Assembly (NCBI GenBank): GCA_949065595.1
Contig: CARSXK010000003.1
Location: forward strand, 714-64,713
From: an uncultured Bacilli bacterium
GTDB lineage: Bacteria; Bacillota_I; Bacilli_A; RF39; UBA660
DNA: 64,000 nt
Reading direction: 5' to 3'
Under the pieces are notes generated by a model, which worked only from the letters and a program-made list of their open reading frames with translations, was not told where the DNA came from and searched no databases. Below, one piece after another: positions 31,601 to 40,908 of the stretch (positions within the stretch are counted from its first letter, which is position 1; every line of letters starts with the position of its first letter). The translations under genes and the position numbers were made by a program.

Positions 31601-33376
31601 GGTGCAGGATTTGATCCTATATATCTGATTGCCCAAAGGTTGGTAAAACACTCAAATGATGAAGGCTTTTTAGTTGGATCAAGAGGGTCTGTTGGTTCTA
31701 GTTTTGTTGCAACTTTAATGGGAATTACGGAAGTGAATCCTTTGGCAGCACACTATAGATGTGGCGAATGTAAAATGAGTATTTTTGAAGATGAAAATGG
31801 AAGTCCGCTTGGCTCTTCTTATTCTTCAGGATTTGATTTACCAGATAAAATGTGTCCGCATTGTCATATTCCCATGATTAAGGATGGACAAGATATGCCT
31901 TTTGCAACTTTCCTAGGATTTAACGCTGATAAAGTACCAGATATTGATTTGAACTTTTCTGATTTGAATCAAGCGAGTACACATGCTTATACCAAAGTAT
32001 TATTCGGTGAAGACAATGTATACCGAGCAGGAACGATTGGTACTGTTGCCGATAAAACAGCATTTGGATATGTCAAAGGCTATTGTGAAGAAAAAAATTT
32101 GGTCATGCGCACTGCAGAAGTGGAAAGGCTGGCGATGGGTTGTACTGGTGTGAAAAGGACGACAGGGCAACATCCAGGAGGAATTGTTGTAATTCCTGAT
32201 TACATGAATTGTTTTGATTTTACACCATTTCAATTTCCTGCAGAAGATCCAGATAAAGCTTGGCGAACGACTCATTTTGATTATCACTCTATTGAAGAAT
32301 GTGTTCTTAAACTGGATATTTTGGGACATTCAGATCCAACGCAATTAAGGCAAATCCAAGAACAATCGGGGACTGATATTATGCAGGTTCCTATGGATGA
32401 TAAAGAAACGATGAGTATATTTACATCGACTCGTGCATTGGGAGTAACGAAAGAACAAATTATGTGTAATACAGGTACGTTGGGTATTCCAGAATTTGGA
32501 ACAACATTTACCATTAAATTAGTAGAGGATACTAAACCAACTACTTTTGCAGAATTGGTTAAGATATCAGGATTGTCACATGGAACAGATGTCTGGCTAG
32601 GGAACGCCCAAGAATTGATTCAAAATAATGTGGTTCCATTTAAAGAGACGATTGGCTGTCGTGATGATATCATGGTTTATTTGATGTATCGTGGACTTTC
32701 TCCAATCAAATCATTTAAAATCATGGAATTTGTACGTAAAGGAAAGGCAAGTAAAGATCCAGAAACTTGGAAGGAACATGCAGCAACTATGAAAGAGGCT
32801 GGTATTCCAGATTGGTTCATTGAATCTTGTCGTAAGATTAAATACATGTTTCCAAAGGCCCATGCTGCCGCTTATGTCATTAGTGCGTTTCGTATTGCTT
32901 GGTATAAAGTACATATGCCAGTTTATTTCTACGCTTCATGGTTTTCTTCCAAAGCCACCGATGTGGATGTGGAGGCTATGATTGGTGGTTATGATGCGAT
33001 AAGAGCACGTATTATAGAAATTCAAAATAAAGGATATGAAGCAAGCAATAAAGAATTAGGTCAATTGGAAAGTTTAAAGGTAGCTTTAGAAGCAACAGCT
33101 CGTGGGATTCATTTTGCGCCAATTGATTTATATAAAAGCGATTCCATGGTATGGAATGTCAAAAGTGATACCGAAATTTATCCTCCATTTAGCGCAATCG
33201 ATGGTTTGGGAGAGGCTGTTGCACAAACAATTGTAGATGAAAGAGAAAAACGTGAATTTTTAAGTGTAGAGGATTTTTGGAAACGGGGTCATGTTTCTGC
33301 TTCTTTGACCGAAAAAATGCGAATGATGGGTGTTTTGGATGGTATGGATGAATCCAGTCAATTGTCATTATTTTAA
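28610..33376 (+). CDS. polC: DNA polymerase III PolC-type
   Basis: PHP domain, DnaQ-like exonuclease (VVFDTETTGF), Pol III alpha core. 1588 aa, about 140 aa longer than typical. Confidence 0.95.
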   Translation: MEKNLETLLQKVQMEENLVKDFEGGKLLKIVGNASKTKYCFYLTLKNTLPFPTYQKLLEQLPHAFSEISVLHVQLQVEHSDLEQFPYYFRYFIEQYSKNSPLLKMFLENEYHIEENLLTIVVGNRAEQIKLEGILSTLEVDLHSVGYPYTIKCQVDMEQESMLQAEIESDMVSPIPEELLQKTTIEEKEEPKKRFIPKDYKRPPLIVDTENEKVVVGRFIDEPAIRLDTVNTPKSSVVVEAAIFGKDVRETKTGLKIISLKITDNTDSIYGTLFVNDPDEFELIDKKIKIGKWYKIRAIVKDVDKYMSDISLTIRDMNMIDKVIEEVVDDAEVKRVELHAHTMMSQMDGVTKLDLGKHTCELVEKTIQMGYKGVAITDHNGCQAFPISFSIIQSHNKNIRKKIQSQIETLETQLQEEQDETRKKELEKEIEEAKQQQKNPPIFKGLYGTELTLVDDTVGIVVRPDNRDLIHSEYVVFDTETTGFNAGGGDQMIEIGAVKIKDGEIIDRFDELIDPKRHIPDKITELTCITDEMVKGKDDEETVTKHFLEWSKDALMVAHNAKFDISFIEMAMKKYNLGTFTNTVIDTLELSRTLDQGHARHSLSALVKRYNVPWEEDAHHRADYDAEGTAYVFAKMLKKLEAQKYEKIADLDKLVPLEDRYKFGRTYHFNAIALNQKGLKNLFEIISLANTTYLYKTPRIPRSKLSELREGILISSGCYESEVFHQARSKEGQELTNIINFYDMVEVQPKEVYDHLLQLGDFKNEQELEDHIRKVIEATKETGKIIVATGDVHHFKREDKIYREIIINQKVPGGGRHPLAKGDIKKIPSQHFRTTREMLEDFAFLGSDLAYEIVVLNTNKVLEMVEEIEVIPDTGGTPFSPRIKSDDGKSYLDCPTVVTELVYTKAESWYGNPLPYAIEKRIATELYGDVVFNTIQEKIKGTEEETEAVIFRELHEIILKGIDAVKTMILEHMKEKNPELSEEEALKSLKKSLGGVIGAGFDPIYLIAQRLVKHSNDEGFLVGSRGSVGSSFVATLMGITEVNPLAAHYRCGECKMSIFEDENGSPLGSSYSSGFDLPDKMCPHCHIPMIKDGQDMPFATFLGFNADKVPDIDLNFSDLNQASTHAYTKVLFGEDNVYRAGTIGTVADKTAFGYVKGYCEEKNLVMRTAEVERLAMGCTGVKRTTGQHPGGIVVIPDYMNCFDFTPFQFPAEDPDKAWRTTHFDYHSIEECVLKLDILGHSDPTQLRQIQEQSGTDIMQVPMDDKETMSIFTSTRALGVTKEQIMCNTGTLGIPEFGTTFTIKLVEDTKPTTFAELVKISGLSHGTDVWLGNAQELIQNNVVPFKETIGCRDDIMVYLMYRGLSPIKSFKIMEFVRKGKASKDPETWKEHAATMKEAGIPDWFIESCRKIKYMFPKAHAAAYVISAFRIAWYKVHMPVYFYASWFSSKATDVDVEAMIGGYDAIRARIIEIQNKGYEASNKELGQLESLKVALEATARGIHFAPIDLYKSDSMVWNVKSDTEIYPPFSAIDGLGEAVAQTIVDEREKREFLSVEDFWKRGHVSASLTEKMRMMGVLDGMDESSQLSLF

Positions 33377-33678
33377 AGGGGATTATTCCTCTTTTTATGT
33401 CAAAAATATTCTTATATGAAAGTAATTAACAATTTCTTGTGTTTAAAAGATTTGTGAAAGTAATAAAAATCAATCAGTTTTATGAATTATCAATATTTAG
33501 AAAGGAATTCTATTAAAAATGTCTTTTTTGTTTCACTAACTTTATATTTTATCCTCAAAATTTATTCTAATATTTCCAATATAACATTTGTATTCTATTT
33601 TAAATTAGCGTATACTTGAAATATAGGAATGTAATCATTTTCTATTACAGACTACCATACAGTTAAGAGGAGGTAAAA

Positions 33679-34386
33679 ATGAAAAACTTATACCAATTAG
33701 AACAAATTTATAAGACATATAAAAACTATGATACGGATTATCATGCATTAGAAAATATAAATTTAGAATTAACAGAAGGGGAAATCATTGTTGTATTAGG
33801 CCCAAGTGGAAGTGGAAAATCTACTATGCTAAATTTGCTTTCTGGAATTGATTCTCCAAGTAAAGGGCATATTTTATTTGATGGGGTTCGTATTGATCAG
33901 ATGAATGAAAAAGAACGAACAGAATATCGAGCAAACAATTTGGGCTTCATATTCCAAAGTTATAACTTAATTCCAAGTTTAACTGTCAAAGAAAATATTG
34001 AACTTGGAAAAGAACTTTCTCATCATCCACTTTCTGTTAAGGAACTAATCAAGCAAGTTGGATTGGAAAATCATGCACATAAGTATCCATATCAATTGTC
34101 TGGTGGACAAATGCAGCGTGTTGCGATTGCTCGTGCTTTGGTGAAAAATCCAAAAGTATTATTTTGTGATGAGCCAACAGGGGCTTTGGATGAGGAAACA
34201 GGAAAAAAAGTCCTAGAGCTTTTACAAGATATGAATGAAGCATATCATACGACAATGATCGTTGTTACCCATAATCCTAGTATTGCTGATATGGCACATA
34301 CTGTCATTCGTATGAATAGTGGAAAAGTGATGGAAATTACAAAAAATGAAACTGTGAAAAAAGCCAGTGAATTGAGGTGGGCGTAA
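33679..34386 (+). CDS. ABC transporter ATP-binding protein (MacB/LolD-type), copy 1
   Basis: Walker A GPSGSGKST, signature LSGGQMQRVAIARAL, Walker B LFCDEPTGALD. Confidence 0.85.
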   Translation: MKNLYQLEQIYKTYKNYDTDYHALENINLELTEGEIIVVLGPSGSGKSTMLNLLSGIDSPSKGHILFDGVRIDQMNEKERTEYRANNLGFIFQSYNLIPSLTVKENIELGKELSHHPLSVKELIKQVGLENHAHKYPYQLSGGQMQRVAIARALVKNPKVLFCDEPTGALDEETGKKVLELLQDMNEAYHTTMIVVTHNPSIADMAHTVIRMNSGKVMEITKNETVKKASELRWA

Positions 34387-36960
34387 GTGAGATTATTATT
34401 ACTAAATGCAATCAAAGGTCTTCGAAAAAAGAAAATCCAAATGGCTGGTATCATTTTTATGGTTACACTTTCGATGGCTGTTTATGTGGGAATGAATACA
34501 GCAATCGATCGTTTGGAAACACGTTATTATTCATATTTGGATGAACAAAATGTTGAAGATTTGAGTATTGGAATTACGGTAGATTATGCGAAAGATGTAA
34601 GCAGGGATGATTTGGATTATTTTTTAGCACATCAATTTCAAAATGTCACAGAAGAAGAGCGAATTTTATTAACGCAATATCGTTCCTATTTAGAAAATCC
34701 TATTTATGATATTAAAATGCTTTATACCATTCAAGGTATATTCGAAAAATACGATGTTGATATGGTCATTAAAACAAGAATATTAGATTCTTTAAAGGAT
34801 AAATATCAATTTGTATATGAATTGGAACGTTCTAAAACCGTTTCGGATGACAAAAAATTAATAAAAGTGTTACCTTATGAAGAAGATAACAAAATCAATC
34901 AAATGTATTTAATAGAAGGAAAGTTTCCACAACAGGAAAATGAAATTGTTATTTTACCTGGATATGCAAAGCAGAATCAATTAAAAATAGGGGATACTTA
35001 TACCATTGGAAGTCAAGACTATAAAATTGTTGGATTTGCATATGCATCTGATTATATTTATCCCTTAATCTCTTTTAGTATGCCTATTTTTGATGAGACC
35101 AATAACAATATTGCAATTGTCAATGAAGTCGCATATGAAAAAATTATAGGGGTAAAAGATAATAGTATTGCATTAGATTATCAATTTCCTACCAATCGAA
35201 AATTTGAAATCAAAGTGTCTGTACCAACAGAAGAGACAGAAAATACAGAATCCACTTATGCCAATGACCCAGTTATGCGGATTTTAGACGAAGAAAAAGT
35301 AGTAATGGATGTAAATACAATTACTCGCTTGGGTAGAATTTCTGCTTTACAAATGGAATTCGCATCCAATCGTTTATTTGCAGAATGTTTCTTATATTTA
35401 TTGCTTGCTATTTCCGTTTTAATCATTGTGATTATTACGAAAAAAAGAATCGATGATGAACGGTTACAAATTGGTGTTTTAAAATCACTTGGTTACAATC
35501 GGTTTGGAATTTCCGCAAGTTATTTGGTTTATCCAGTAGTCGGCTCTATTATTGGTGGTATTTTAGGATATTTGATTGGTGTTTTTGCACATTATCCAAT
35601 TTCTAATATCTTACTTAGTTATTATACAGTTCCTTTGGAAAACTACCAATTGAATTTTGATTACTTAATCAAATCCATCATGACGCCTATGGTTAGTCTT
35701 TCCATTTTGAGTTACTTGATAGCGCTTATTATGCTACGTAAAAAACCACTTGCATTGCTAAAAGAAGGAAGTAATCTTAAAGTCAATTTTTTTAGTCGTA
35801 TGGTGAATAAGATTAATATGCTTTTTCCTTTCCATTATCGTTTTAAGTATTCGCTTGCTTTTCGTAGTTTGGGAAAATTATTCATCGTGACGATTACTTC
35901 TTTCTGCACAGGTTTACTGATTGTACTGGTTTTAATTGGTTCTAACTTATTTCAACATATGATAGAGGAGAGTTTCTCTGGAATGGATTATCAATATTTG
36001 GTTATGTTGGGGCAAATCGATTATAAAGATTCTAGTGAATATGAAGGATCTGATTATGTCTTATCTTTGAGTGTTCCTTTGAAAGAAATCAAAGATCGAA
36101 ACGGCAAGCTCAAACCAATCGAAAAACAAGAAGATGAAGAAATTCAATTCTCATTGACAGGGCTTGACACAACAGCTAAATACTTGCGCATTTTGGATCA
36201 AGAAGAACATAATTTAATCAGTAGATTAGATGATGATGAAGCAATTATTGTGAATGAAAATGCCAAAGAATTGTATCATTTGGAGATTGGCGATACCCTT
36301 TATTTTGAATATGAAACTGTGAAACTTTCTTATACGATTGCTGGCTTTAGTTCAGAATTTATGGGGAAAAGTGGTTATGTCAGCAGGGATGCTTTAGGTA
36401 CGCAGTTGGGGTTTGGAAGTAATGCTTATACAACTATTTATTCCAATGAAGAAAAGTACGAGTCTTATAAAAATTTAAGTGCAGAAGAGGCATCTAAAAT
36501 TGCTTATATATTAAATATGAGCGATATGAAACAAAATATTGAAAAACAAATGGATCGTTTCAATGGTAGTATTTATATTATTATTGCCTTTGCGTCTGTT
36601 ATGGTACTTGTAATTATTTCTGTCATAGCGAATATTGTAGTAGAAGAAAATAAGAAAACCATATCATTGCTTAAAGTAATGGGATATCAAAATCGTAAGA
36701 TTAGTAGTATGGTTTTAAATATTTATACACCATTTATTATGATTGCATATTTATTATCCATTCCAGCTATGATTGCAATTTTAAAAGCAATTGTTGCGGC
36801 AATTGTAGGTGATATTGAAATTACCATCCCAATTGCGATTTCACCAAGTATGGCGATTTTAGGACTAGTGGGCTTACTGATTGCCTATTATGTTGCGATT
36901 GGAATGTCCAAACGTGTATTAAATAAAGTTCCGCTTGCGGTGGCATTAAAGAGGGAGTAG
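34387..36960 (+). CDS. ABC transporter permease, fused double FtsX/MacB-like module with large extracytoplasmic domains
   Basis: 857 aa. N-terminal TM helix plus a large extracellular domain plus an FtsX TM bundle, the whole arrangement repeated. Confidence 0.75.
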   Translation: MRLLLLNAIKGLRKKKIQMAGIIFMVTLSMAVYVGMNTAIDRLETRYYSYLDEQNVEDLSIGITVDYAKDVSRDDLDYFLAHQFQNVTEEERILLTQYRSYLENPIYDIKMLYTIQGIFEKYDVDMVIKTRILDSLKDKYQFVYELERSKTVSDDKKLIKVLPYEEDNKINQMYLIEGKFPQQENEIVILPGYAKQNQLKIGDTYTIGSQDYKIVGFAYASDYIYPLISFSMPIFDETNNNIAIVNEVAYEKIIGVKDNSIALDYQFPTNRKFEIKVSVPTEETENTESTYANDPVMRILDEEKVVMDVNTITRLGRISALQMEFASNRLFAECFLYLLLAISVLIIVIITKKRIDDERLQIGVLKSLGYNRFGISASYLVYPVVGSIIGGILGYLIGVFAHYPISNILLSYYTVPLENYQLNFDYLIKSIMTPMVSLSILSYLIALIMLRKKPLALLKEGSNLKVNFFSRMVNKINMLFPFHYRFKYSLAFRSLGKLFIVTITSFCTGLLIVLVLIGSNLFQHMIEESFSGMDYQYLVMLGQIDYKDSSEYEGSDYVLSLSVPLKEIKDRNGKLKPIEKQEDEEIQFSLTGLDTTAKYLRILDQEEHNLISRLDDDEAIIVNENAKELYHLEIGDTLYFEYETVKLSYTIAGFSSEFMGKSGYVSRDALGTQLGFGSNAYTTIYSNEEKYESYKNLSAEEASKIAYILNMSDMKQNIEKQMDRFNGSIYIIIAFASVMVLVIISVIANIVVEENKKTISLLKVMGYQNRKISSMVLNIYTPFIMIAYLLSIPAMIAILKAIVAAIVGDIEITIPIAISPSMAILGLVGLLIAYYVAIGMSKRVLNKVPLAVALKRE

Positions 36961-36964
36961 AGAT

Positions 36965-37672
36965 ATGGAAAATTTAATTGAGATTCAAAATATATATAAA
37001 ACTTATCAACTAGGTAAAGTAGGAAGTCAAGCTTTAAATGATGTATCTTTATCTGTCCGCAAGGGTGAAATTGTCGTCATTTTAGGTCCAAGTGGAAGTG
37101 GAAAAACAACATTACTCAATGTGGTATCAGGCCTAGATAAAATTAGTAAAGGTAAGATTTTTTATCAAGGTAAAAATATTGCGAGATATCATGATTATAA
37201 AATGACTCGTTTTCGAAAAAAGAATCTAGGTTTTATCTTTCAAACCTACAATTTATTGGAACATTTGAATGTATATGAAAATGTATTGGTAGGAGCCTCT
37301 TTGGGGAAGGCAAATACTGATATTGACGCTATTTTAGATACAGTTGGGTTAACCAAACATAAGAAAAAGTATATGTATCAATTATCAGGTGGGGAACAAC
37401 AGCGTGTTTCTATCGCAAGAGCACTTGCTAAAAATCCAAGTGTAATGTTCTGTGATGAGCCAACAGGGGCTTTGGATGAAAAAACGGGAAAGATTGTATT
37501 AGAATCTTTGGTAGAAGCCAATGAAAAATTGGGTACGACCATGATTATTGTGACTCATAATCCAGGGATTGCTTTTATTGGAGATCGTATTATTCGTATG
37601 AATAGTGGAAAAATTGTAGAAATCAAAGAAAATGAAACCCGTATGAAACCAAGCGAGATTCCATGGGGATAG
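36965..37672 (+). CDS. ABC transporter ATP-binding protein, copy 2
   Basis: Walker A GPSGSGKTT, signature LSGGEQQRVSIARAL. Paralog of 33679..34386. Confidence 0.85.
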   Translation: MENLIEIQNIYKTYQLGKVGSQALNDVSLSVRKGEIVVILGPSGSGKTTLLNVVSGLDKISKGKIFYQGKNIARYHDYKMTRFRKKNLGFIFQTYNLLEHLNVYENVLVGASLGKANTDIDAILDTVGLTKHKKKYMYQLSGGEQQRVSIARALAKNPSVMFCDEPTGALDEKTGKIVLESLVEANEKLGTTMIIVTHNPGIAFIGDRIIRMNSGKIVEIKENETRMKPSEIPWG

Positions 37673-37710
37673 ACTGGTTTACCACATGTAACAAGATATA
37701 AATTGGATTT

Positions 37711-37736
37711 GTACCAACTGATGTTGGTACTTTTTG
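37711..37736 (+). terminator. Rho-independent terminator after the ABC operon
   Basis: GTACCAAC-TGAT-GTTGGTAC followed by TTTTT. Confidence 0.65.
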
Positions 37737-37972
37737 TTATCATGATGAAAAATTTTTACAAAAAATTATGATTAGAGTTTTTATTAGTAAAACGAGAAGA
37801 AAATAATATGCATTGGGACAAAAATTCTTAAATACATGATGTGGTTGTATGTGTTTCAGTAAAAATAATCTCTTAATTGTATTGAAAAACAAGATGATAC
37901 CATTGTTTTACGAGTCATAGTCTTGGTCTGATTGAAATTACGTGTTATAATAATAAAAATGAGGTATGAAAA

Positions 37973-40579
37973 ATGGAAAAAATAATATTAGTGGATGGCA
38001 ATAATTTACTATTTCGGAGTTATTATGCAACTGCATACAATGGGGGTATGATGACCAATAGTAAGGGTTTTCCAACCAATGCTCTTTTTGGATTTGCCAA
38101 CATGATGAATAAAATTATATTAGAAGAAAAACCAACTTATATGATTGTTGCTTTTGATAAAGGAAAAACATTTCGTCACGCAGAATATGAGAATTATAAA
38201 GGTGGCAGAGGACAGACACCTGATGAACTGAAGGTACAATTTCCAAAAGCCAAAGAGATGTTAACCAATATGGGAATTCGTTATTATGAGTGTGATAATT
38301 ATGAAGCAGATGATATTTTAGGAACCTTTGCTGCTTATTGTGATCAAGATCCCAATTTCGTTGGAACCATTGTGAGTAGTGATAAAGATTTATTACAACT
38401 TATTAGCAAGGATGTGGATATCAAACTGCTCAAACAAAAAGATTATATTCGTTATAATCAAAAAACATTTCGGGAAGCTTATGGGATTGATCCCATTCAT
38501 GTTATTGACTTAAAAGCTTTGATGGGAGATTCTTCAGATAATATACCTGGCGTACGTGGTATTGGAGAAAAGACAGCTTTAAAAATGTTGCAGGATTATG
38601 GCACTTTAGATGGGGTATATGCCCATTTAGATGCTTTTACACCAAAAATGAGAGAAAAGCTGGAAAGTAGTAAGGAAGATGCCTATTTGAGTTATCATTT
38701 GGCTACTATTGTTCGTGATGTTCCTATGGAAATTAGTATGGAAGATGTTAAGTGTAAACCGAAAAATCATGAAGCATTGAACCGGCTATATGAGGAATTA
38801 GAGTTTTATTCTTTTTTGAAAAAAGAGGAAAAAGAAATGCCACATCATATACAAGCAAATCATACCTTTCAAACAATTCAAAACATGGATGAGGTAAATG
38901 TGAAAAAACCAAGTGCAGGTTATTTAGAAATATTAGGAACTAATTATCATACAGCACCTATTTTGGGGCTTGCCATTTATAATGAAGAACAATCTTTTTA
39001 TATTCCTTTTGAAGTATTTCAACAGGATCCTGATAAAATTGCAGAATTAATACAGTATACTTATGATTATAAAAAAATCTACACAGCTTTAAAATGGCAT
39101 AATATCTCTTTAAAAAATGTAGAGTTTGATACTATGATTGCAGCTTATTTACTCGATTATAATATCAAAGATGATATTGCTTATTTGGCCAATCAATTTC
39201 ATTATGAAATTCCATTTTATGAAAATGTATTTAAAAAGTTAAAAACAAAAGAAATTTACGAAGAAGAAAATTCTGATATTACAGCTTACCATGCGATTTT
39301 AAAAGCAGAGTTTATTTATAAGACAAAAGAGCTATTTGAACAAAAATTAAAAGAAGAAGAGTTATTTTCCTTATTTTCTGAAATTGAATTACCTTTGGCA
39401 CGTGTACTTGCAGATATGGAATACAATGGTGTTCATATCGATCAAGAAGAACTCAAAAAAATGGGAGAAGAGATTCAAATTAAAATTGAATTGGTTGAAA
39501 AAGATATTTATAATGATGCGGGATGTGAATTTAATATTTCTTCTCCAAAGCAACTCGGTGAAATTTTATTTGAAAAATTGAATTTACCACATGGTAAAAA
39601 GAATAAAAGTGGATATTCTACTTCTGTAGATATTCTCAATAAGATTCAAAATGCACATCCTATTGTCAATAAAATAATAGAATATCGAATGCTTACCAAA
39701 CTATATACTACATATGTAGAAGGACTTATTAATACCATTTTATCGGATGGTAAAATTCATACGATTTTTACACAAACTTTGACGCGTACAGGGAGGTTGT
39801 CATCAATTGAACCCAATTTACAAAATATTCCTATCCGTTATGAATATGGTAGATTAATTCGCAAGGCCTTTGTTCCAAGTCCCAATTCTATTATTATCAG
39901 TGGGGATTATTCTCAAATTGAATTACGTATTTTAGCACATATGGCACATGTGGATTCTTTGATTGATACGTTTCAAAGAGAGGTGGATGTTCATACCAAA
40001 ACGGCAGCAGATATATTTAAGGTAGAGGAAAATCAAGTAACCAAGGAAATGCGTCGGATTGCCAAAGCAGTTAATTTTGGAATTATTTATGGGATTAGTA
40101 GTTATGGATTATCAGAAAATGTAGGGATTACTCCATATGAAGCCAAACAATTTATTGATAATTATTTTGAAAGTTATCCTGGAATTAAAGAATATATGGA
40201 TCAAACAGTTTTAAAAGCATATGAGGATGGATATGTAAGAACGATGATGCACCGTAAGCGGATGATTCCTGAATTGAATAATAAGAATAAACTCATTCGT
40301 TCTAGTGGGGAACGAATTGCTTTAAATACGCCAATTCAAGGAACGAGCGCGGATATCATTAAAAAAGCAATGGTGGATATCGATCGGAAGTTTAGAGAAG
40401 CTAATTTGCAATCTAAAATGATTTTACAAGTACATGATGAGCTTGTATTCGATGTGGTAATTGAGGAAAAAGAGAATGTTATTGCGATTGTAACAGAATG
40501 TATGGAGCATGTACTGGATTTGGATGTTCCATTAAAAGTTGATATGGAATATGGAAATGATTGGTATCAGGCAAAATAG
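37973..40579 (+). CDS. polA: DNA polymerase I
   Basis: 5'-3' exonuclease N-terminus. Polymerase motifs A (DYSQIELR), B (RRIAKAVNFGIIYG) and C (LQVHDELVF). Confidence 0.95.
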   Translation: MEKIILVDGNNLLFRSYYATAYNGGMMTNSKGFPTNALFGFANMMNKIILEEKPTYMIVAFDKGKTFRHAEYENYKGGRGQTPDELKVQFPKAKEMLTNMGIRYYECDNYEADDILGTFAAYCDQDPNFVGTIVSSDKDLLQLISKDVDIKLLKQKDYIRYNQKTFREAYGIDPIHVIDLKALMGDSSDNIPGVRGIGEKTALKMLQDYGTLDGVYAHLDAFTPKMREKLESSKEDAYLSYHLATIVRDVPMEISMEDVKCKPKNHEALNRLYEELEFYSFLKKEEKEMPHHIQANHTFQTIQNMDEVNVKKPSAGYLEILGTNYHTAPILGLAIYNEEQSFYIPFEVFQQDPDKIAELIQYTYDYKKIYTALKWHNISLKNVEFDTMIAAYLLDYNIKDDIAYLANQFHYEIPFYENVFKKLKTKEIYEEENSDITAYHAILKAEFIYKTKELFEQKLKEEELFSLFSEIELPLARVLADMEYNGVHIDQEELKKMGEEIQIKIELVEKDIYNDAGCEFNISSPKQLGEILFEKLNLPHGKKNKSGYSTSVDILNKIQNAHPIVNKIIEYRMLTKLYTTYVEGLINTILSDGKIHTIFTQTLTRTGRLSSIEPNLQNIPIRYEYGRLIRKAFVPSPNSIIISGDYSQIELRILAHMAHVDSLIDTFQREVDVHTKTAADIFKVEENQVTKEMRRIAKAVNFGIIYGISSYGLSENVGITPYEAKQFIDNYFESYPGIKEYMDQTVLKAYEDGYVRTMMHRKRMIPELNNKNKLIRSSGERIALNTPIQGTSADIIKKAMVDIDRKFREANLQSKMILQVHDELVFDVVIEEKENVIAIVTECMEHVLDLDVPLKVDMEYGNDWYQAK

Positions 40580-40599
40580 TATTTGACAGATAAAAATAG

Positions 40600-40812
40600 A
40601 GTATGATAAAATGAATTTGTAAATCGTTGAAAGAGAATAGTAATTTGTTATTTATGTTAAGAAAGTTCATGGTGGATGCGAATGAACCATAAAGATAAAT
40701 GAATCTACTCTTAAGAGAAATGAAAACATTTCCGGTGAAAGCCGTTATTTGAATTAAGCTATTAGTAGGATGGTACCGCAATTATTTGCTCCTATGCTAA
40801 TAGCTTTTTTCT
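40600..40812 (+). promoter_or_regulatory. T-box riboswitch leader of serS
   Basis: Stem-I-like GAAAGAGAATAGTAA. T-box sequence ATTAGTAGGATGGTACCGCA (consensus AATTAGGGTGGTACCGCG). Terminator AGCTATTAGTAGGA...TCCTATGCTAATAGCTTTTTT. Confidence 0.65.
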
Positions 40813-40908
40813 ATTTTGGAGGTGGTTTATACCACGTAAGGTAGTAGAAGTTAGTCTAATATTAGCGAATATAGCGTATGATTGGAAAATAGAAAAGAGG
40901 AATTGTTT

